From the IMG/VR virus record IMGVR_UViG_3300033144_003548: 64,000 nucleotides of DNA. One strand, given 5' to 3'. Position numbers and translations under genes: made by a program. The DNA comes from a virus. The notes beneath the pieces are model-generated. The model had not been told where the DNA came from. It ran no database searches and saw only the letters and a list, made by a program, of their open reading frames with translations. Shown here piece after piece: positions 1 to 10,111 of the stretch (positions within the stretch are counted from its first letter, which is position 1; the number at the start of each line of letters is the position of its first letter).

Positions 1-741
1 GAGGAAGTTAAGCTACTTGATGTTGCACCTTTGATTGTAGTTGCTGACGGTGACGGTTATTTGGTTATAGATGGGCAAACACGGCTTTCTTTTTACAGAC
101 CTTTCGTGGAGAAGATGCCGTGTCTAGTTGTTCCCTCACTTTCGGAAGAGGCAGTTTTAGCATTAAATATAGTATTAAACTCTAAAAGGAAAAACTTGAG
201 TGAACCTGAGCAACGAGAGGCATTCACTCGTTTAATAAATATCGGGTGGTCTGTTGAGCAAGTAGCAAACAGTTCTAACTTCTCAGCTAAAAGAGTAAAA
301 AATCAAGTAATGATAGAAGAAAGTGCTTCTCAGGAAGTAAAAGATGCCATAGATAGCAAAGAGTTTAGTGCAAGAAAAGTAGACGAATCATTTATGGGTT
401 TGGTAGAAGCACACTACCAGTCGAAAGGTGATAAAGATATAAATGGCATTCCTAAAGATATAAACCAAGCTATACAAACAGAAGTTGCCAAATATATCAA
501 TATTTTAAATGCAAACAGACAGCCAGACGAAGAAGAAATTACAAGAGATTGGATGTTCCAACACAGAACTGATGAAACAGTATTGATTAATTCAAAGGTA
601 ATGTGGAAAGACTACACGCCAGAGCAGATTGCTAGAAGCTCTGTCATAAAAACTGATGAGGCAAATTTTATATGCGAGCACCCCGACAAAGTTGATGTAA
701 TGGGTAAAACAAAAGTATGGTTCAAATATAGTAGAAAATGA
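1..741 (+). CDS. ParB/Srx-domain protein, probably 5'-truncated by the window edge
   Basis: PLIV...YLVIDGQTRL ParB N-terminal motif followed by N.KRKNLS..EQ and an HTH-like segment; frame open to position 1. Confidence 0.7.
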   Translation, partial: EEVKLLDVAPLIVVADGDGYLVIDGQTRLSFYRPFVEKMPCLVVPSLSEEAVLALNIVLNSKRKNLSEPEQREAFTRLINIGWSVEQVANSSNFSAKRVKNQVMIEESASQEVKDAIDSKEFSARKVDESFMGLVEAHYQSKGDKDINGIPKDINQAIQTEVAKYINILNANRQPDEEEITRDWMFQHRTDETVLINSKVMWKDYTPEQIARSSVIKTDEANFICEHPDKVDVMGKTKVWFKYSRK

Positions 742-1235
742 AAAGGTGTCCCTGCTGTAATTTAGAGAAACCAGATAGTGAGTTTTGGAAATGTCGTTCC
801 AGAAAAGATGGTAAAGCCACATATTGCAAGACTTGTGCCAAAAAGAGGAGACAAAATTGGGAGAAGAATAATAAGGGGAGGAGAAAGAATTACAGCAGGG
901 CATACCGAAAGACTCCTAGAGGGTTGTTTGCAGGGATTAAATCACGTGCCATCAAACGTGGTATATCTGTGGAATTAACTTGTGATGAATTTGTTCGATG
1001 GTTCAACAAACAAGATTTAAATTGTTATTACTGCGATAGCAAACTGGTATTTCCTGTTATTGGAAGCCGAAAAGTTCAAGGATTAAAGGATTTGACAATA
1101 GATAGAAAGGATAATAAATTAGGTTATACAAAAGATAATATAGTGATTTCGTGTAGCCGATGTAATATAATTAAAGGTAGCTGGTTTACTGCCGAACAGA
1201 TGCACAAAATATGGAGGGCTATCGGTGAAAATTGA
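738..1235 (+). CDS. HNH homing endonuclease with N-terminal Zn finger
   Basis: CPCC...CKTC N-terminus; CYYC...LTIDRKDNKLGYTKDNIVISCSRCNIIKG. Confidence 0.8.
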   Translation: MKRCPCCNLEKPDSEFWKCRSRKDGKATYCKTCAKKRRQNWEKNNKGRRKNYSRAYRKTPRGLFAGIKSRAIKRGISVELTCDEFVRWFNKQDLNCYYCDSKLVFPVIGSRKVQGLKDLTIDRKDNKLGYTKDNIVISCSRCNIIKGSWFTAEQMHKIWRAIGEN

Positions 1236-1860
1236 GCGGGTGTGGAGTATGCCAAGTAAGCATACATTCACCATCAAACCAATAGCAGAATTGATCCAAG
1301 AGGAGATGGGCGACATCTCGTGGAACTTTCACAGAGAAGCTCCATACGGTGAGGACATAGTTAAAGTGGATAGGCTGTGGATTGATCCGTTTTGTGGGGA
1401 GAATAGTCCTGCCCATATCCGCAACGATCTCAATCCAAAAATTGAGGCAGAGTATCATATGGAAGCTCTGGCTTTCTTACAATTATTCGAGGATGAGAGT
1501 GTTGACGGTGTTTTGTATGACCCCCCGTATTCACCAAGACAGATTGCTGAATGTTACAAATCGGTTGGGTTAGATACTCAAAAAGGAATAAGAACAAGGG
1601 CAACTTTTTGGTCTGAGGTAAAAGACGAAATTGCTCGAATAACAAAACCAAATGCGAAAGTTATTTCGTGTGGTTGGAACAGTATGGGAATGGGAATCAA
1701 TAGAGGATTCCTTATGACCAGAATTTTACTTGTACCACACGGTGGTAATCATAACGATACTATAGTAACAGTTGAAATAAAGAGAGATACGTTTGAATGT
1801 TTGATTTCTTGCTTCCCAAGTGTTCAAGGTGCGGAAAAAATTCTAGTGAAGTTCATCTAG
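1225..1860 (+). CDS. Adenine-specific DNA methyltransferase
   Basis: WIDPFCGEN SAM-binding motif and LYDPPYS catalytic motif. Confidence 0.8.
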   Translation: MKIERVWSMPSKHTFTIKPIAELIQEEMGDISWNFHREAPYGEDIVKVDRLWIDPFCGENSPAHIRNDLNPKIEAEYHMEALAFLQLFEDESVDGVLYDPPYSPRQIAECYKSVGLDTQKGIRTRATFWSEVKDEIARITKPNAKVISCGWNSMGMGINRGFLMTRILLVPHGGNHNDTIVTVEIKRDTFECLISCFPSVQGAEKILVKFI

Positions 1861-2792
1861 GTAAAGTAGATGGGCAGGTTTACTGTGAGCATTGTATCCC
1901 GCTAATTCTTTTTGGAAGAGAAATTCCTGCACAGGGAAAGTCTAATAGGGCTATTAGTAGTTGGAATGAATTAGTTACCCCTAAGACATTCGATGATTAT
2001 ATCGGGCAGGAAGCAATCAAAAAAGAATTGAGAACTATGCTGGCAGCTACTGAGAAACACGGAATACCAGTCCAGCACGTGTTATTCAGTGGTAGCTTTG
2101 GTTTGGGTAAAACAACAATAGCGAAGATATTTGCGGACAGTGTTGGCGAAAATGACATAGTAACTGCGGTGAATGTTAGAAGCTACGATGATTTCCCACA
2201 CAAGCCTGTTGTTGTTGTAGATGAAATCCATACTATTAGGGATGAAGAATGGTTACTGGGTATAATGGACAGGGGTAACCAAACAATACTGGGTGCTACT
2301 ACTACGGCAGGTAGTTTGAGTGGACCTCTTCGTTCAAGATTTGTTTCTCTAGTGTTGTCACCATATACTGTGGAAGAATTACAGAGAATCGTTATTGGAG
2401 CTGCCAAAAATCTTAAATATGATTGTCCAGATTACGTTGCAGAGGAAATAGCAAAGAGAGGTAAGACCGTTGCTAGGATTGCTCTATTCTTGTTTAAGCG
2501 TGTATATGATAGAATTACTCTAAACAATGGTAATGTCTCTCCAGAATTATTGGTTGAGTGGTTTGCTGAGATGAAAATAGACTCAGATGGCTTGGACAAT
2601 GCAGACAGGGCATATATTAGTTGTCTTTCAGATAAGCCTATTGGACTTCAAAACCTGAGTGCTATGACTGGACTTGATAGGATTACTCTTGAGGAGACTA
2701 TTGAGCCTTACCTTCTAACCAAAGGATTTGTCAAACGCACACCAAGAGGTAGAGTCTTAGGAGACAGAAAGGCATTGGGAGTTTGGAGTTAA
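1797..2792 (+). CDS. ruvB: Holliday junction branch migration helicase RuvB-like, with N-terminal Zn finger
   Basis: P.TFDDYIGQE, GSFGLGKTT, VDEIH, GATT.AG.LSGPLRSRF, EPYLL...RTPRGR. Confidence 0.9.
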   Translation: MFDFLLPKCSRCGKNSSEVHLGKVDGQVYCEHCIPLILFGREIPAQGKSNRAISSWNELVTPKTFDDYIGQEAIKKELRTMLAATEKHGIPVQHVLFSGSFGLGKTTIAKIFADSVGENDIVTAVNVRSYDDFPHKPVVVVDEIHTIRDEEWLLGIMDRGNQTILGATTTAGSLSGPLRSRFVSLVLSPYTVEELQRIVIGAAKNLKYDCPDYVAEEIAKRGKTVARIALFLFKRVYDRITLNNGNVSPELLVEWFAEMKIDSDGLDNADRAYISCLSDKPIGLQNLSAMTGLDRITLEETIEPYLLTKGFVKRTPRGRVLGDRKALGVWS

Positions 2793-2857
2793 ATGGATTT
2801 CCTTGTTGGTTGTATTATCATAGGACTCCTGCTCTATTTAATCTTCGGTAAGAAGTA

Positions 2858-3307
2858 ATGGCAAAGCAGAAATCGGTCAAGCCAAATTGCTATGAGTGTC
2901 GCTGGAGAGGACACAATCCTGGGGATGCTCATAGCAAATGCTGCCACCCCTACAATACCCACTTTGCAAAAGACCCAATGCTACAAATGATGGGAATATT
3001 CGCTAGTGTTGGTCGAGTTGCTTTGCCTGCGATGGCAGATAAGAGACTTAAAATTAAAGCGAATCCAACTGGAATCAAGAATGGGTGGTTTCACTATCCA
3101 TTCAACTTTGACCCTGTTTGGTTGGAACATTGTGAGGGGTTCGAGAAGATTAAAGAAAAAGACCCAAGAGTTGTTAATAAACATTTTGCCGAGGATACTT
3201 ATGGTGAAGCGGAAACTTGTGAACAACCTTATTTTTGTGAGGATTGTCCGAATAGGTTTAAGTGCTTCACTGAGAGAGCTACACCGAAGGAAAATTTTGA
3301 TAAATAA
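2858..3307 (+). CDS. Hypothetical protein with CxxCxxRFxCFT module
   Basis: CEQPYFCEDCPNRFKCFTER near the C-terminus. Confidence 0.75.
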   Translation: MAKQKSVKPNCYECRWRGHNPGDAHSKCCHPYNTHFAKDPMLQMMGIFASVGRVALPAMADKRLKIKANPTGIKNGWFHYPFNFDPVWLEHCEGFEKIKEKDPRVVNKHFAEDTYGEAETCEQPYFCEDCPNRFKCFTERATPKENFDK

Positions 3308-3369
3308 AATTGAGTTATTACGTTAAAATATAATAATTCTAAAATTGAAAAGGAGGAGGTGACATAAAG

Positions 3370-3842
3370 TTGGGTAAGAAACAGTAGACGCAAAGTGCAT
3401 TTGTGATGAGTGCCCAAGACGCTTTATTTGCTTTACACAAAAGAAAGTGTTTAGCGACCCTGCCTATCAAGCTATGTATGAAGCCTTTATAGAAGAAGGC
3501 GTTCCACACGAACAGGCAGTAAAAGCGGTTAGAGAATTTATCGAAAGTCTGAAAAGAAAAGAGATAGAGGTTGATATTTGGAAGAAATTGCCTAAGAAAG
3601 AGCCAGAACCATATTATCCAAGACCTGATAAATGGGTAAAATGGGACACACCAAAACAAGATGATTGGAAAGATACTCCTTTCGATAAGTTCAGAATTGT
3701 CTATGGGGATATAGCAAAGATGGCGGTCAGCGATGCAGAAGATGCTATCAAAGATATAAAAGATGAAGTAAGAAGCTGGATGAGGAGTACGAAGCAAGGC
3801 TTAAAGTATGACAAAAGATGGCAAAATAAATCTAGCCTATAG
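3370..3842 (+). CDS. Cys-module protein with a frameshift near the start; paralog of 54737-55204
   Basis: SD AGGAGGAGGT 3351-3360, TTG at 3370; the frame of the 3447 ORF reads ETVDAKCICDECPRRFICFTQKKVFSDP from 3378. Confidence 0.6.
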
Positions 3843-3875
3843 TGCGGGTGTATATCAAGATGAAGGAGTTAAACA

Positions 3876-4484
3876 ATGGTCGTTAAAGCCCCCCTTGCTA
3901 GGTGTGATGTTTGTCCATTAAAGGATAACGTTTTTGTGCCATCCGAGATTCACGACTCTCGAATTCTCGCCCTTGCTGAAGCACCAGGTTACCACGAATC
4001 CAAAGAGGGTAGACCTCTAGTTGGGGTGGCAGGTCAAGATATGAACAGCATAATCGAGAGTGTGGGTGCTAAGAGAGATAAGTTTGCTATTTATGTAAAT
4101 GCGGTTTCTTGTAGACCTACGAAAATTGTAGATGGTAGAGAGAACAATAGAACCCCGACAGATGAGGAAATTGCTTGTTGTAATGAACGATTAGCTTATG
4201 AAATAGAAAAATACAACCCTCTAGTTATTATCTCTATGGGTAGAATACCTTATCTTGCCTTGGGCGGCAAGACTTATTCTGGTTTTAAGATGGGGGATGT
4301 CATTGGAAAAGAGTTCCTGTACAAAGGAATTTACCGAGTTATCGTTACCTATCACCCTGCGGCAATAAGTCATTCAGGTGGAATAGCTACCGAAAGAGGG
4401 AGACTAACCAGAGATGCTATTAAACGTGCTTTTGCAAAAGCATTAGAAGCAAAGCCTGTTGATAGGCAATTACAATTATTCTAA
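3876..4484 (+). CDS. Uracil-DNA glycosylase family 4 (Fe-S)
   Basis: CDVCPL, AEAPG..E...GRPLVG.AG, N.V.CRP, TYHPAA. Confidence 0.9.
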   Translation: MVVKAPLARCDVCPLKDNVFVPSEIHDSRILALAEAPGYHESKEGRPLVGVAGQDMNSIIESVGAKRDKFAIYVNAVSCRPTKIVDGRENNRTPTDEEIACCNERLAYEIEKYNPLVIISMGRIPYLALGGKTYSGFKMGDVIGKEFLYKGIYRVIVTYHPAAISHSGGIATERGRLTRDAIKRAFAKALEAKPVDRQLQLF

Positions 4485-4678
4485 TGCAGGAGATAATTAT
4501 TTCAACCAAATACGGCAATGAGCATTTTGCTTGTAAAGCATTTGATTGTTCAAAGTGCCGAGTACGGTTTCGTTGTTGGACAGAAAGACCTTTAAGATTA
4601 ACTGAAAGGGAATTAAGAAACCGAATCGTTGGTGATTGTAATTTGATATTAGCATTGAACCTATGGATGAGATTATAA
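4484..4678 (+). CDS. Small Cys-module protein
   Basis: CKAFDCSKCRVRFRCWTER. Confidence 0.7.
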   Translation: MQEIIISTKYGNEHFACKAFDCSKCRVRFRCWTERPLRLTERELRNRIVGDCNLILALNLWMRL

Positions 4679-4702
4679 ACGTTAAATAAAGAGGCTATTC
4701 TA

Positions 4703-5029
4703 GTGAACCGTAAGCAGGATATTATACATATCTGCGTTCATCTATTAGAGCTTGGTGCTCAAATGGGTGAATACAGACTATTGGAATACCAGAACCGATT
4801 GGAAGGGAAATACTATCATCAGGGTTTACCCTCACGCACAGAAGTCATTAAACAAGAGGCGGAACACTATGCTGAATTATTGGTGCGGGCTACTTCTGCT
4901 GGTTTTGCGGAGGAGATAACCCATCTTGAGAGTGACGATTATTTTAGGGATAAATGTAAGGAACGAACTTCTGACAAGACGAAGTGTGAATACTGTAAAG
5001 ATAAATTTTTATGTTGGACAAAACGTTAA
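4703..5029 (+). CDS. Cys-module protein
   Basis: C-terminal CKERTSDKTKCEYCKDKFLCWTKR. Confidence 0.7.
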   Translation: MNRKQDIIHICVHLLELGAQMGEYRLLEYQNRLEGKYYHQGLPSRTEVIKQEAEHYAELLVRATSAGFAEEITHLESDDYFRDKCKERTSDKTKCEYCKDKFLCWTKR

Positions 5030-5175
5030 ATAAAATAAATACAACTTTTCAGATCGGAGCTGCTCGCTCAGGAACAACCACCCAAGGTCCTGGGGTGCTA
5101 AAGTTTATTAAATTATTTTAATGTGTATGCTAAATAAAGTAATGCAAATTCGATACGGAGGGACGGTCAGCAACG

Positions 5176-5751
5176 GTGACCACAAAGGGAAGTCTAACAA
5201 GTATAGCTGTTTCAGACGGTGAGAAATACCCTTATGAAGTTACAAAACGGCAAGTAATGTGGACAGACGGTTACGATGCTTGGCTGTGTGTATTTAATGG
5301 TATTGGAGATAGCCCACGAAACTCCTACCACAAACCTACATCGTATAGGTTCACCTATTATTATCCCAACCGCAATATATTAGGCAAATATAACACACAA
5401 AAAGTAATAACTCTGAGCAAAGGACACACGCTATCAGACTATCAGCGAGTAAAAGAGCGAACTATGGAGCTACACAAAGCACAAGCTGGTCAATTGATTG
5501 CTGGCGGTTTTAAGCTTACTTGGCTGGACTTGGAGGAATCAAAAGAGTGTTTGGAGTATTATATGGAACATTCTAAAGAACCGATAGACCTAGACGAAAA
5601 AACTAATGACGAATTGCTGGCACTTTGCAGAGCAGAAGCCAGAAAGAACGGCTTTAAGGATTGTGAAAGTGGCTGCAAATTAAAGTTTCTTTGTTGGACT
5701 CACCGCAGCCAACGAGAAGAACTTGACAAGAAGTATCGAACTGTGGTATAA
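5176..5751 (+). CDS. Cys-module protein (variant spacing)
   Basis: CESGCKLKFLCWTHR. Confidence 0.65.
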   Translation: MTTKGSLTSIAVSDGEKYPYEVTKRQVMWTDGYDAWLCVFNGIGDSPRNSYHKPTSYRFTYYYPNRNILGKYNTQKVITLSKGHTLSDYQRVKERTMELHKAQAGQLIAGGFKLTWLDLEESKECLEYYMEHSKEPIDLDEKTNDELLALCRAEARKNGFKDCESGCKLKFLCWTHRSQREELDKKYRTVV

Positions 5752-5752
5752 T
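5723..5752 (+). promoter_or_regulatory. sigma70-type promoter
   Basis: TTGACA-18nt-TATAAT with an extended TG. Confidence 0.55.
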
Positions 5753-6056
5753 GAAAACAATAAGAGTAGTTGGAAAAACTGGTGATGGTCGGAACTGGTG
5801 GAAAGAATTTCACTGCTACGGCACAAAGAATGTGGATGATGTCTGTGAAGATTGTATGCTCAAATTTGCTTGCTTTACAGACAGGGATAATATAGAAGTT
5901 GATGTTGAAGAGTTGCCCATAAGACGGATGGATAATATCGAAGCCGATACTATTGCTGATTTCATCACACCAACTATTAAGGTTGCAATACGAGAAGATA
6001 AAGATGGGCATAAAAAAGTGCAGATGAACTTCAAAAAGGTAAGGAAATTCGTATGA
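5751..6056 (+). CDS. Cys-module protein
   Basis: CYGTKNVDDVCEDCMLKFACFTDR. Confidence 0.7.
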   Translation: MKTIRVVGKTGDGRNWWKEFHCYGTKNVDDVCEDCMLKFACFTDRDNIEVDVEELPIRRMDNIEADTIADFITPTIKVAIREDKDGHKKVQMNFKKVRKFV

Positions 6057-6310
6057 ACATAAGTCCTGTAAGAACTAAATATAAACGTATCCCTATTGCT
6101 GATTGTCCAGCCTGTGGATTAAAAGATACTCCACTGTCTCAGGAGCACAGGAAATTCAAACACAAGGAAACTGGAAAAGAGTTGGACTTGTGGTTTGTTT
6201 ACTGCCCTAGATGTGAAGTGATAATAAATTGGGATGAGGAATCTTCAAAGATTATCAAGGGATATGTTAGCGTTAGAGATTTAAAGAAGATGGGATGGGA
6301 GAAGAAATGA
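6053..6310 (+). CDS. Zn-ribbon hypothetical protein
   Basis: CPAC...CPRC. Confidence 0.6.
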   Translation: MNISPVRTKYKRIPIADCPACGLKDTPLSQEHRKFKHKETGKELDLWFVYCPRCEVIINWDEESSKIIKGYVSVRDLKKMGWEKK

Positions 6311-7026
6311 AACCCGAACTGTGCCCACCGCCACCTTTTGTGTTCAATAGGGAAGATAATAAACGAGTCATTTATATCTGTGGACCTCACGGCGTGGGGA
6401 AATCTACGCTTATGAATGATTTGAAATTCTTTGATAGAGAACGGGTAAGAGAACAGCTAACCCACTATGACGCATTACAAGAACAAGTAACCCGTCAGAT
6501 TTGGAGAGCTGCCTTGCACTGTATCGAGCACCGTGAGAATTTGGCATATGCTCAGAAGCAACCACCAAAGTCGGTTGTTATCGGTGATAGATGTTTTCTG
6601 GACGATATAGCTTATATACGAGCATTTAAGAAGCTCAAGTGGATGACTCCAAAAGAGTGCCGAAATGTCTTTTCGATGACAGATGACATTTATAAAAAAT
6701 CTGGAACACCAAAGCCCGAAATGTTTATTCTTCTTCTACCACCTTTTGAGTGGAACAAAGAGAGAATAGAAGAAAGGTGGAATAGGGGTGAAGAACCAAA
6801 ATGGTGTGAACTCAACTTTGATTACCTTCAAGTTGTGCGAGAAGAATTTTCGAACTTAGCGGAATTTATCGGCAAGAAAGGTAAACAAAGGTTAGTAGTT
6901 ATAAGCGAAACCGACAGACTTGCTAGGATAAAGAAAGTAAAAGAGTGGATTAACGAGAATGACCTTGAGGATTTCATTGTAGAGGGTAAAACTTTCGTTG
7001 AATCACCAGTAGGGACAGGTAGCTAA
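6295..7026 (+). CDS. P-loop nucleoside/nucleotide kinase (thymidylate kinase-like)
   Basis: ICGPHGVGKST, GDRCFLDDIAY. Confidence 0.75.
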   Translation: MGEEMKPELCPPPPFVFNREDNKRVIYICGPHGVGKSTLMNDLKFFDRERVREQLTHYDALQEQVTRQIWRAALHCIEHRENLAYAQKQPPKSVVIGDRCFLDDIAYIRAFKKLKWMTPKECRNVFSMTDDIYKKSGTPKPEMFILLLPPFEWNKERIEERWNRGEEPKWCELNFDYLQVVREEFSNLAEFIGKKGKQRLVVISETDRLARIKKVKEWINENDLEDFIVEGKTFVESPVGTGS

Positions 7027-7475
7027 TGTTTTTAGATGAAGAAACAATCAATGTACCATATGAACAAGAACCACACGAAACTCACGATATGGGTGAGTGG
7101 CGAAGTACCGTATGTCAGCTATCTAATAATGACAGATTTGGTAGGGTGAGGCGGTGTAGCATTTGCGGTGGTAGGGACTACCTGTGTGGTGGAGCAGGAT
7201 CGAGGTGGCAAGATAGAGAACTATTAAAACCTTGTTCAGCGATGGAAATAACTCTCGATGGTAAAGAGAGAAAGATACATCTAACTATGGATGAGAACGG
7301 TATCTCTATGGCTGATTGTGATAGATTTGGAACTCCAGAGTGTGATGATTGTCAGTACAGGTTTAAGTGTTATACTCAAAGAAAACTAAGCGGCAGATTA
7401 AAAATAGGGATGCCATTAAAATCAATAATGGATTTGATGAACCTTGAAATACATAAATCTGAAGATAATGGATAG
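7026..7475 (+). CDS. Cys-module protein
   Basis: CDRFGTPECDDCQYRFKCYTQR. Confidence 0.7.
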   Translation: MFLDEETINVPYEQEPHETHDMGEWRSTVCQLSNNDRFGRVRRCSICGGRDYLCGGAGSRWQDRELLKPCSAMEITLDGKERKIHLTMDENGISMADCDRFGTPECDDCQYRFKCYTQRKLSGRLKIGMPLKSIMDLMNLEIHKSEDNG

Positions 7476-7755
7476 CAGGATGCACCTCGGTTATATGATT
7501 TGCCGTCTTGCTATGGAGTGTCATAGGAGAAAGTGTGACAACTGTATATTACGATTTCAATGTTTTACGGCGAAGTGGTTTCCGTACCCTTTTCCAAAAC
7601 ACTTAAAAACTAACGAGGAGTTTGAAGTCGAATTAACTGATGCGGTAAAATACTTAGAATATCACGACAATGGTGTGTGGTTAGTGTGGAAAAATAGCAG
7701 GGCAAAGCAAAAGAAGGGTGAATTTATAAAGGTATTTGGTGATGGGGAACTTTAA
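7444..7755 (+). CDS. Cys-module protein
   Basis: CHRRKCDNCILRFQCFTAK. Confidence 0.7.
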   Translation: MKYINLKIMDSRMHLGYMICRLAMECHRRKCDNCILRFQCFTAKWFPYPFPKHLKTNEEFEVELTDAVKYLEYHDNGVWLVWKNSRAKQKKGEFIKVFGDGEL

Positions 7756-8524
7756 AGAAGAGGTTCTAAACAACGTAGCAATAGGTGCAGGCAAGGTTGA
7801 ACAGAGGTTAGCTGAGAAAAAGCAGAAACTTCTTTATCTAGCCGTGTCTGGCTCTCACGCTTGGGGGCTGGAACGACCAGATAGCGACTTTGATTTGCGT
7901 GGTATATATCAAGACCCTACTGATAAGATATTGGATTTGCGTAAAGGTAGAGATACGATAGAGTTTACTGATGGCATATATGATGTGCAGTTATATGAAG
8001 TTGAGAAATTTTTTAGGCTGCTTTGCAACCACAATGGTAATATGGTTACGTTACTCCAACTTCCTATGTGTCCTTATATGGATACCGAGTACGTGCCTTG
8101 GAACACAATAGGAAATTTCTTTATTACAAAAAAACTGAGATTTTACTATCGAGGTTATGCCGAGTCGCAAAGAAAAAGAGCGTTGTCTCAGCGTGGCGGG
8201 AAAGCACTTATCTATACCTATCGAGAAATGTTTTCTGGACTATTCTTGATGAAGTATGGTTTTATGTGTTTCAACTTCAAACAGCTTTGGCAAGAAGCAG
8301 AGGAAAACGGGTGGTATAATGAGGGGTTGCTTTATAAATATTACGCTAACCCAAAACTCCCTGTGAGTGATGAGGGTTGGACTAAATTCTATGATGAGTG
8401 GGAGATATTGTCAGAAAAGTTAGATACTGAGGCAGAAAGATCCTCATTACCTGATAACTTTGATGGTTATGAGCTTTGTAACGCTTATCTCAGGCTACTG
8501 AGATTGAAGGGATTAAATTTATAA
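7736..8524 (+). CDS. Nucleotidyltransferase, pol-beta superfamily (RlaP/YcgL-like)
   Basis: SGSHAWGL..PDSDFDLRGIY, YEVEKFFRLLC..NGN. Confidence 0.8.
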   Translation: MVMGNFKEEVLNNVAIGAGKVEQRLAEKKQKLLYLAVSGSHAWGLERPDSDFDLRGIYQDPTDKILDLRKGRDTIEFTDGIYDVQLYEVEKFFRLLCNHNGNMVTLLQLPMCPYMDTEYVPWNTIGNFFITKKLRFYYRGYAESQRKRALSQRGGKALIYTYREMFSGLFLMKYGFMCFNFKQLWQEAEENGWYNEGLLYKYYANPKLPVSDEGWTKFYDEWEILSEKLDTEAERSSLPDNFDGYELCNAYLRLLRLKGLNL

Positions 8525-8534
8525 AGGAGTAAAA

Positions 8535-8954
8535 ATGGAGACACAGCTTGTTGAACAATTAAGCCCTACGCAGAGAGAGGAACTCAATCCACCCTTATTT
8601 TATTATGACAAGCAGACTAGCGTTTGTTTGCTAATGAATACTAAGGGCGAGCCAATGGCAAGGGGAATAGCAATTTGCTCACCACTTGACCCGTTTGAGA
8701 AGAGAATAGGAAGGGCGAAGGCGTTAGGAAGGGCTATCCAAGCACTTATCAAACAAGATACAAACGGATGGATAAATCCTCATCGGTTCGATGAGCGGAA
8801 ACCTGGTATTCCTCGTACCAAACAGGAGGAGATAAAAATTCGTTTGAGAAATGCTGCTTATACCTACGGTTGGAAGTCTGCTTTCCACCCTACACTAACG
8901 GATTTGGAAAAGCAACTGTTAAACGGAAGCAAACTTTATGCCACGATTAAGTAA
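8535..8954 (+). CDS. Conserved phage hypothetical protein
   Basis: SD AAGGAG; RGIAICSPLDPFEKRIGRAKALGRA motif. Confidence 0.55.
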   Translation: METQLVEQLSPTQREELNPPLFYYDKQTSVCLLMNTKGEPMARGIAICSPLDPFEKRIGRAKALGRAIQALIKQDTNGWINPHRFDERKPGIPRTKQEEIKIRLRNAAYTYGWKSAFHPTLTDLEKQLLNGSKLYATIK

Positions 8955-9565
8955 AAGACTTCAAAAGGCTATTGAGAGAGCGGAGAAACAAGCAAGGAAA
9001 GAGGCTCTCAAAGAACCTAAGAGGAAAAGGAGAACTGTAAAATCAAGCCCTGAACCACGAAGTCCGTCTGGCAGGTGGATAAAGGATGAGTGGGGTGAAC
9101 AGGGTGAAGTTTACTTTGATGGTAAACTTTATTGGATTACTTTATTTAAAGCAGGAAAAGAACCCTACACTGTTGAAGCTTATTCCTGTGGATTAAGTGA
9201 GGAAAAATGGGAAGAATACAAGAAACATCCAATAAGAACAAACCTGGAAAAATTTCTAGGGAAACCGAAACGAGAACGGAAATCAGGGACTTCGGGGACA
9301 AAAGAACGATTGTCCTCTACACAACGGAAAACGAAGTCTACCAAGTCCTCAAAGACAAGGCAGAAAAAGTCATCCCGTACGAAATCTGGAAAGACGGTGA
9401 CCCAAGGAAAGCGAGGTTAGTGGCGGTAGACTTATATTTCCCCAAGACTAAAAAAGATGCTGTAAATAAGGTAATAGTACAGCTTCAAAAAACAGGCAAA
9501 AATTGCCTCAAATCGAAATCCTGCCAAAGATTGTTAAAATCTATATAAGAGGTCATAAAAATTAA

Positions 9566-10111
9566 ATGCCACCAACTTTCAATACTAAAATCCGTAGTTA
9601 TGGATGGTATTGCGGTAAATGTAAGGAACGTAAACCAATTGATAAGGTTTGGGTAGCGAAGGTAAGGCAAGAGAACAGATGGTCTAATAAAGGTTATGTC
9701 GGAATTATTTGTGCCGATTGTAATACCGAGCTACTTGATTGTTTCGTTGCAAAGAAATACTATCCAGAGCTAAAGAGAAAATGCGAAACGTGTGAAGATA
9801 GATTTCAGTGTTTTACTATGTCAGAGGCACAAATTGAGAAACCAATGAAATCTATTTATGCACACGAAATACATCCTCACATCCCACTCGAAAATGAGGA
9901 TGAAGTTGTTGGAATCAGATCTTATACAGGTAAGATATATGACAAACTCGAAACAAAGGAATTTTGCGTATATCCTGAAAGAGATGATTGTAATCATAGC
10001 TGGATGCGAGCAAATTATACTGGCTCACCTTATAGAAGATGTCGGTATATGAAATATGACAAACAAAACAAGGAGTGGTATTGTGAATACGGCAGACAAA
10101 TTAGGGGTTGA
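9566..10111 (+). CDS. Cys-rich protein with Cys module
   Basis: CETCEDRFQCFTMS plus further CxxC pairs. Confidence 0.7.
   Translation: MPPTFNTKIRSYGWYCGKCKERKPIDKVWVAKVRQENRWSNKGYVGIICADCNTELLDCFVAKKYYPELKRKCETCEDRFQCFTMSEAQIEKPMKSIYAHEIHPHIPLENEDEVVGIRSYTGKIYDKLETKEFCVYPERDDCNHSWMRANYTGSPYRRCRYMKYDKQNKEWYCEYGRQIRG

Noticed and set aside
5030-5175. Riboswitch or ncRNA in the intergenic gap
   Set aside because: Only one short hairpin (CACCC...GGGTG) and no recognisable motif; not enough support.
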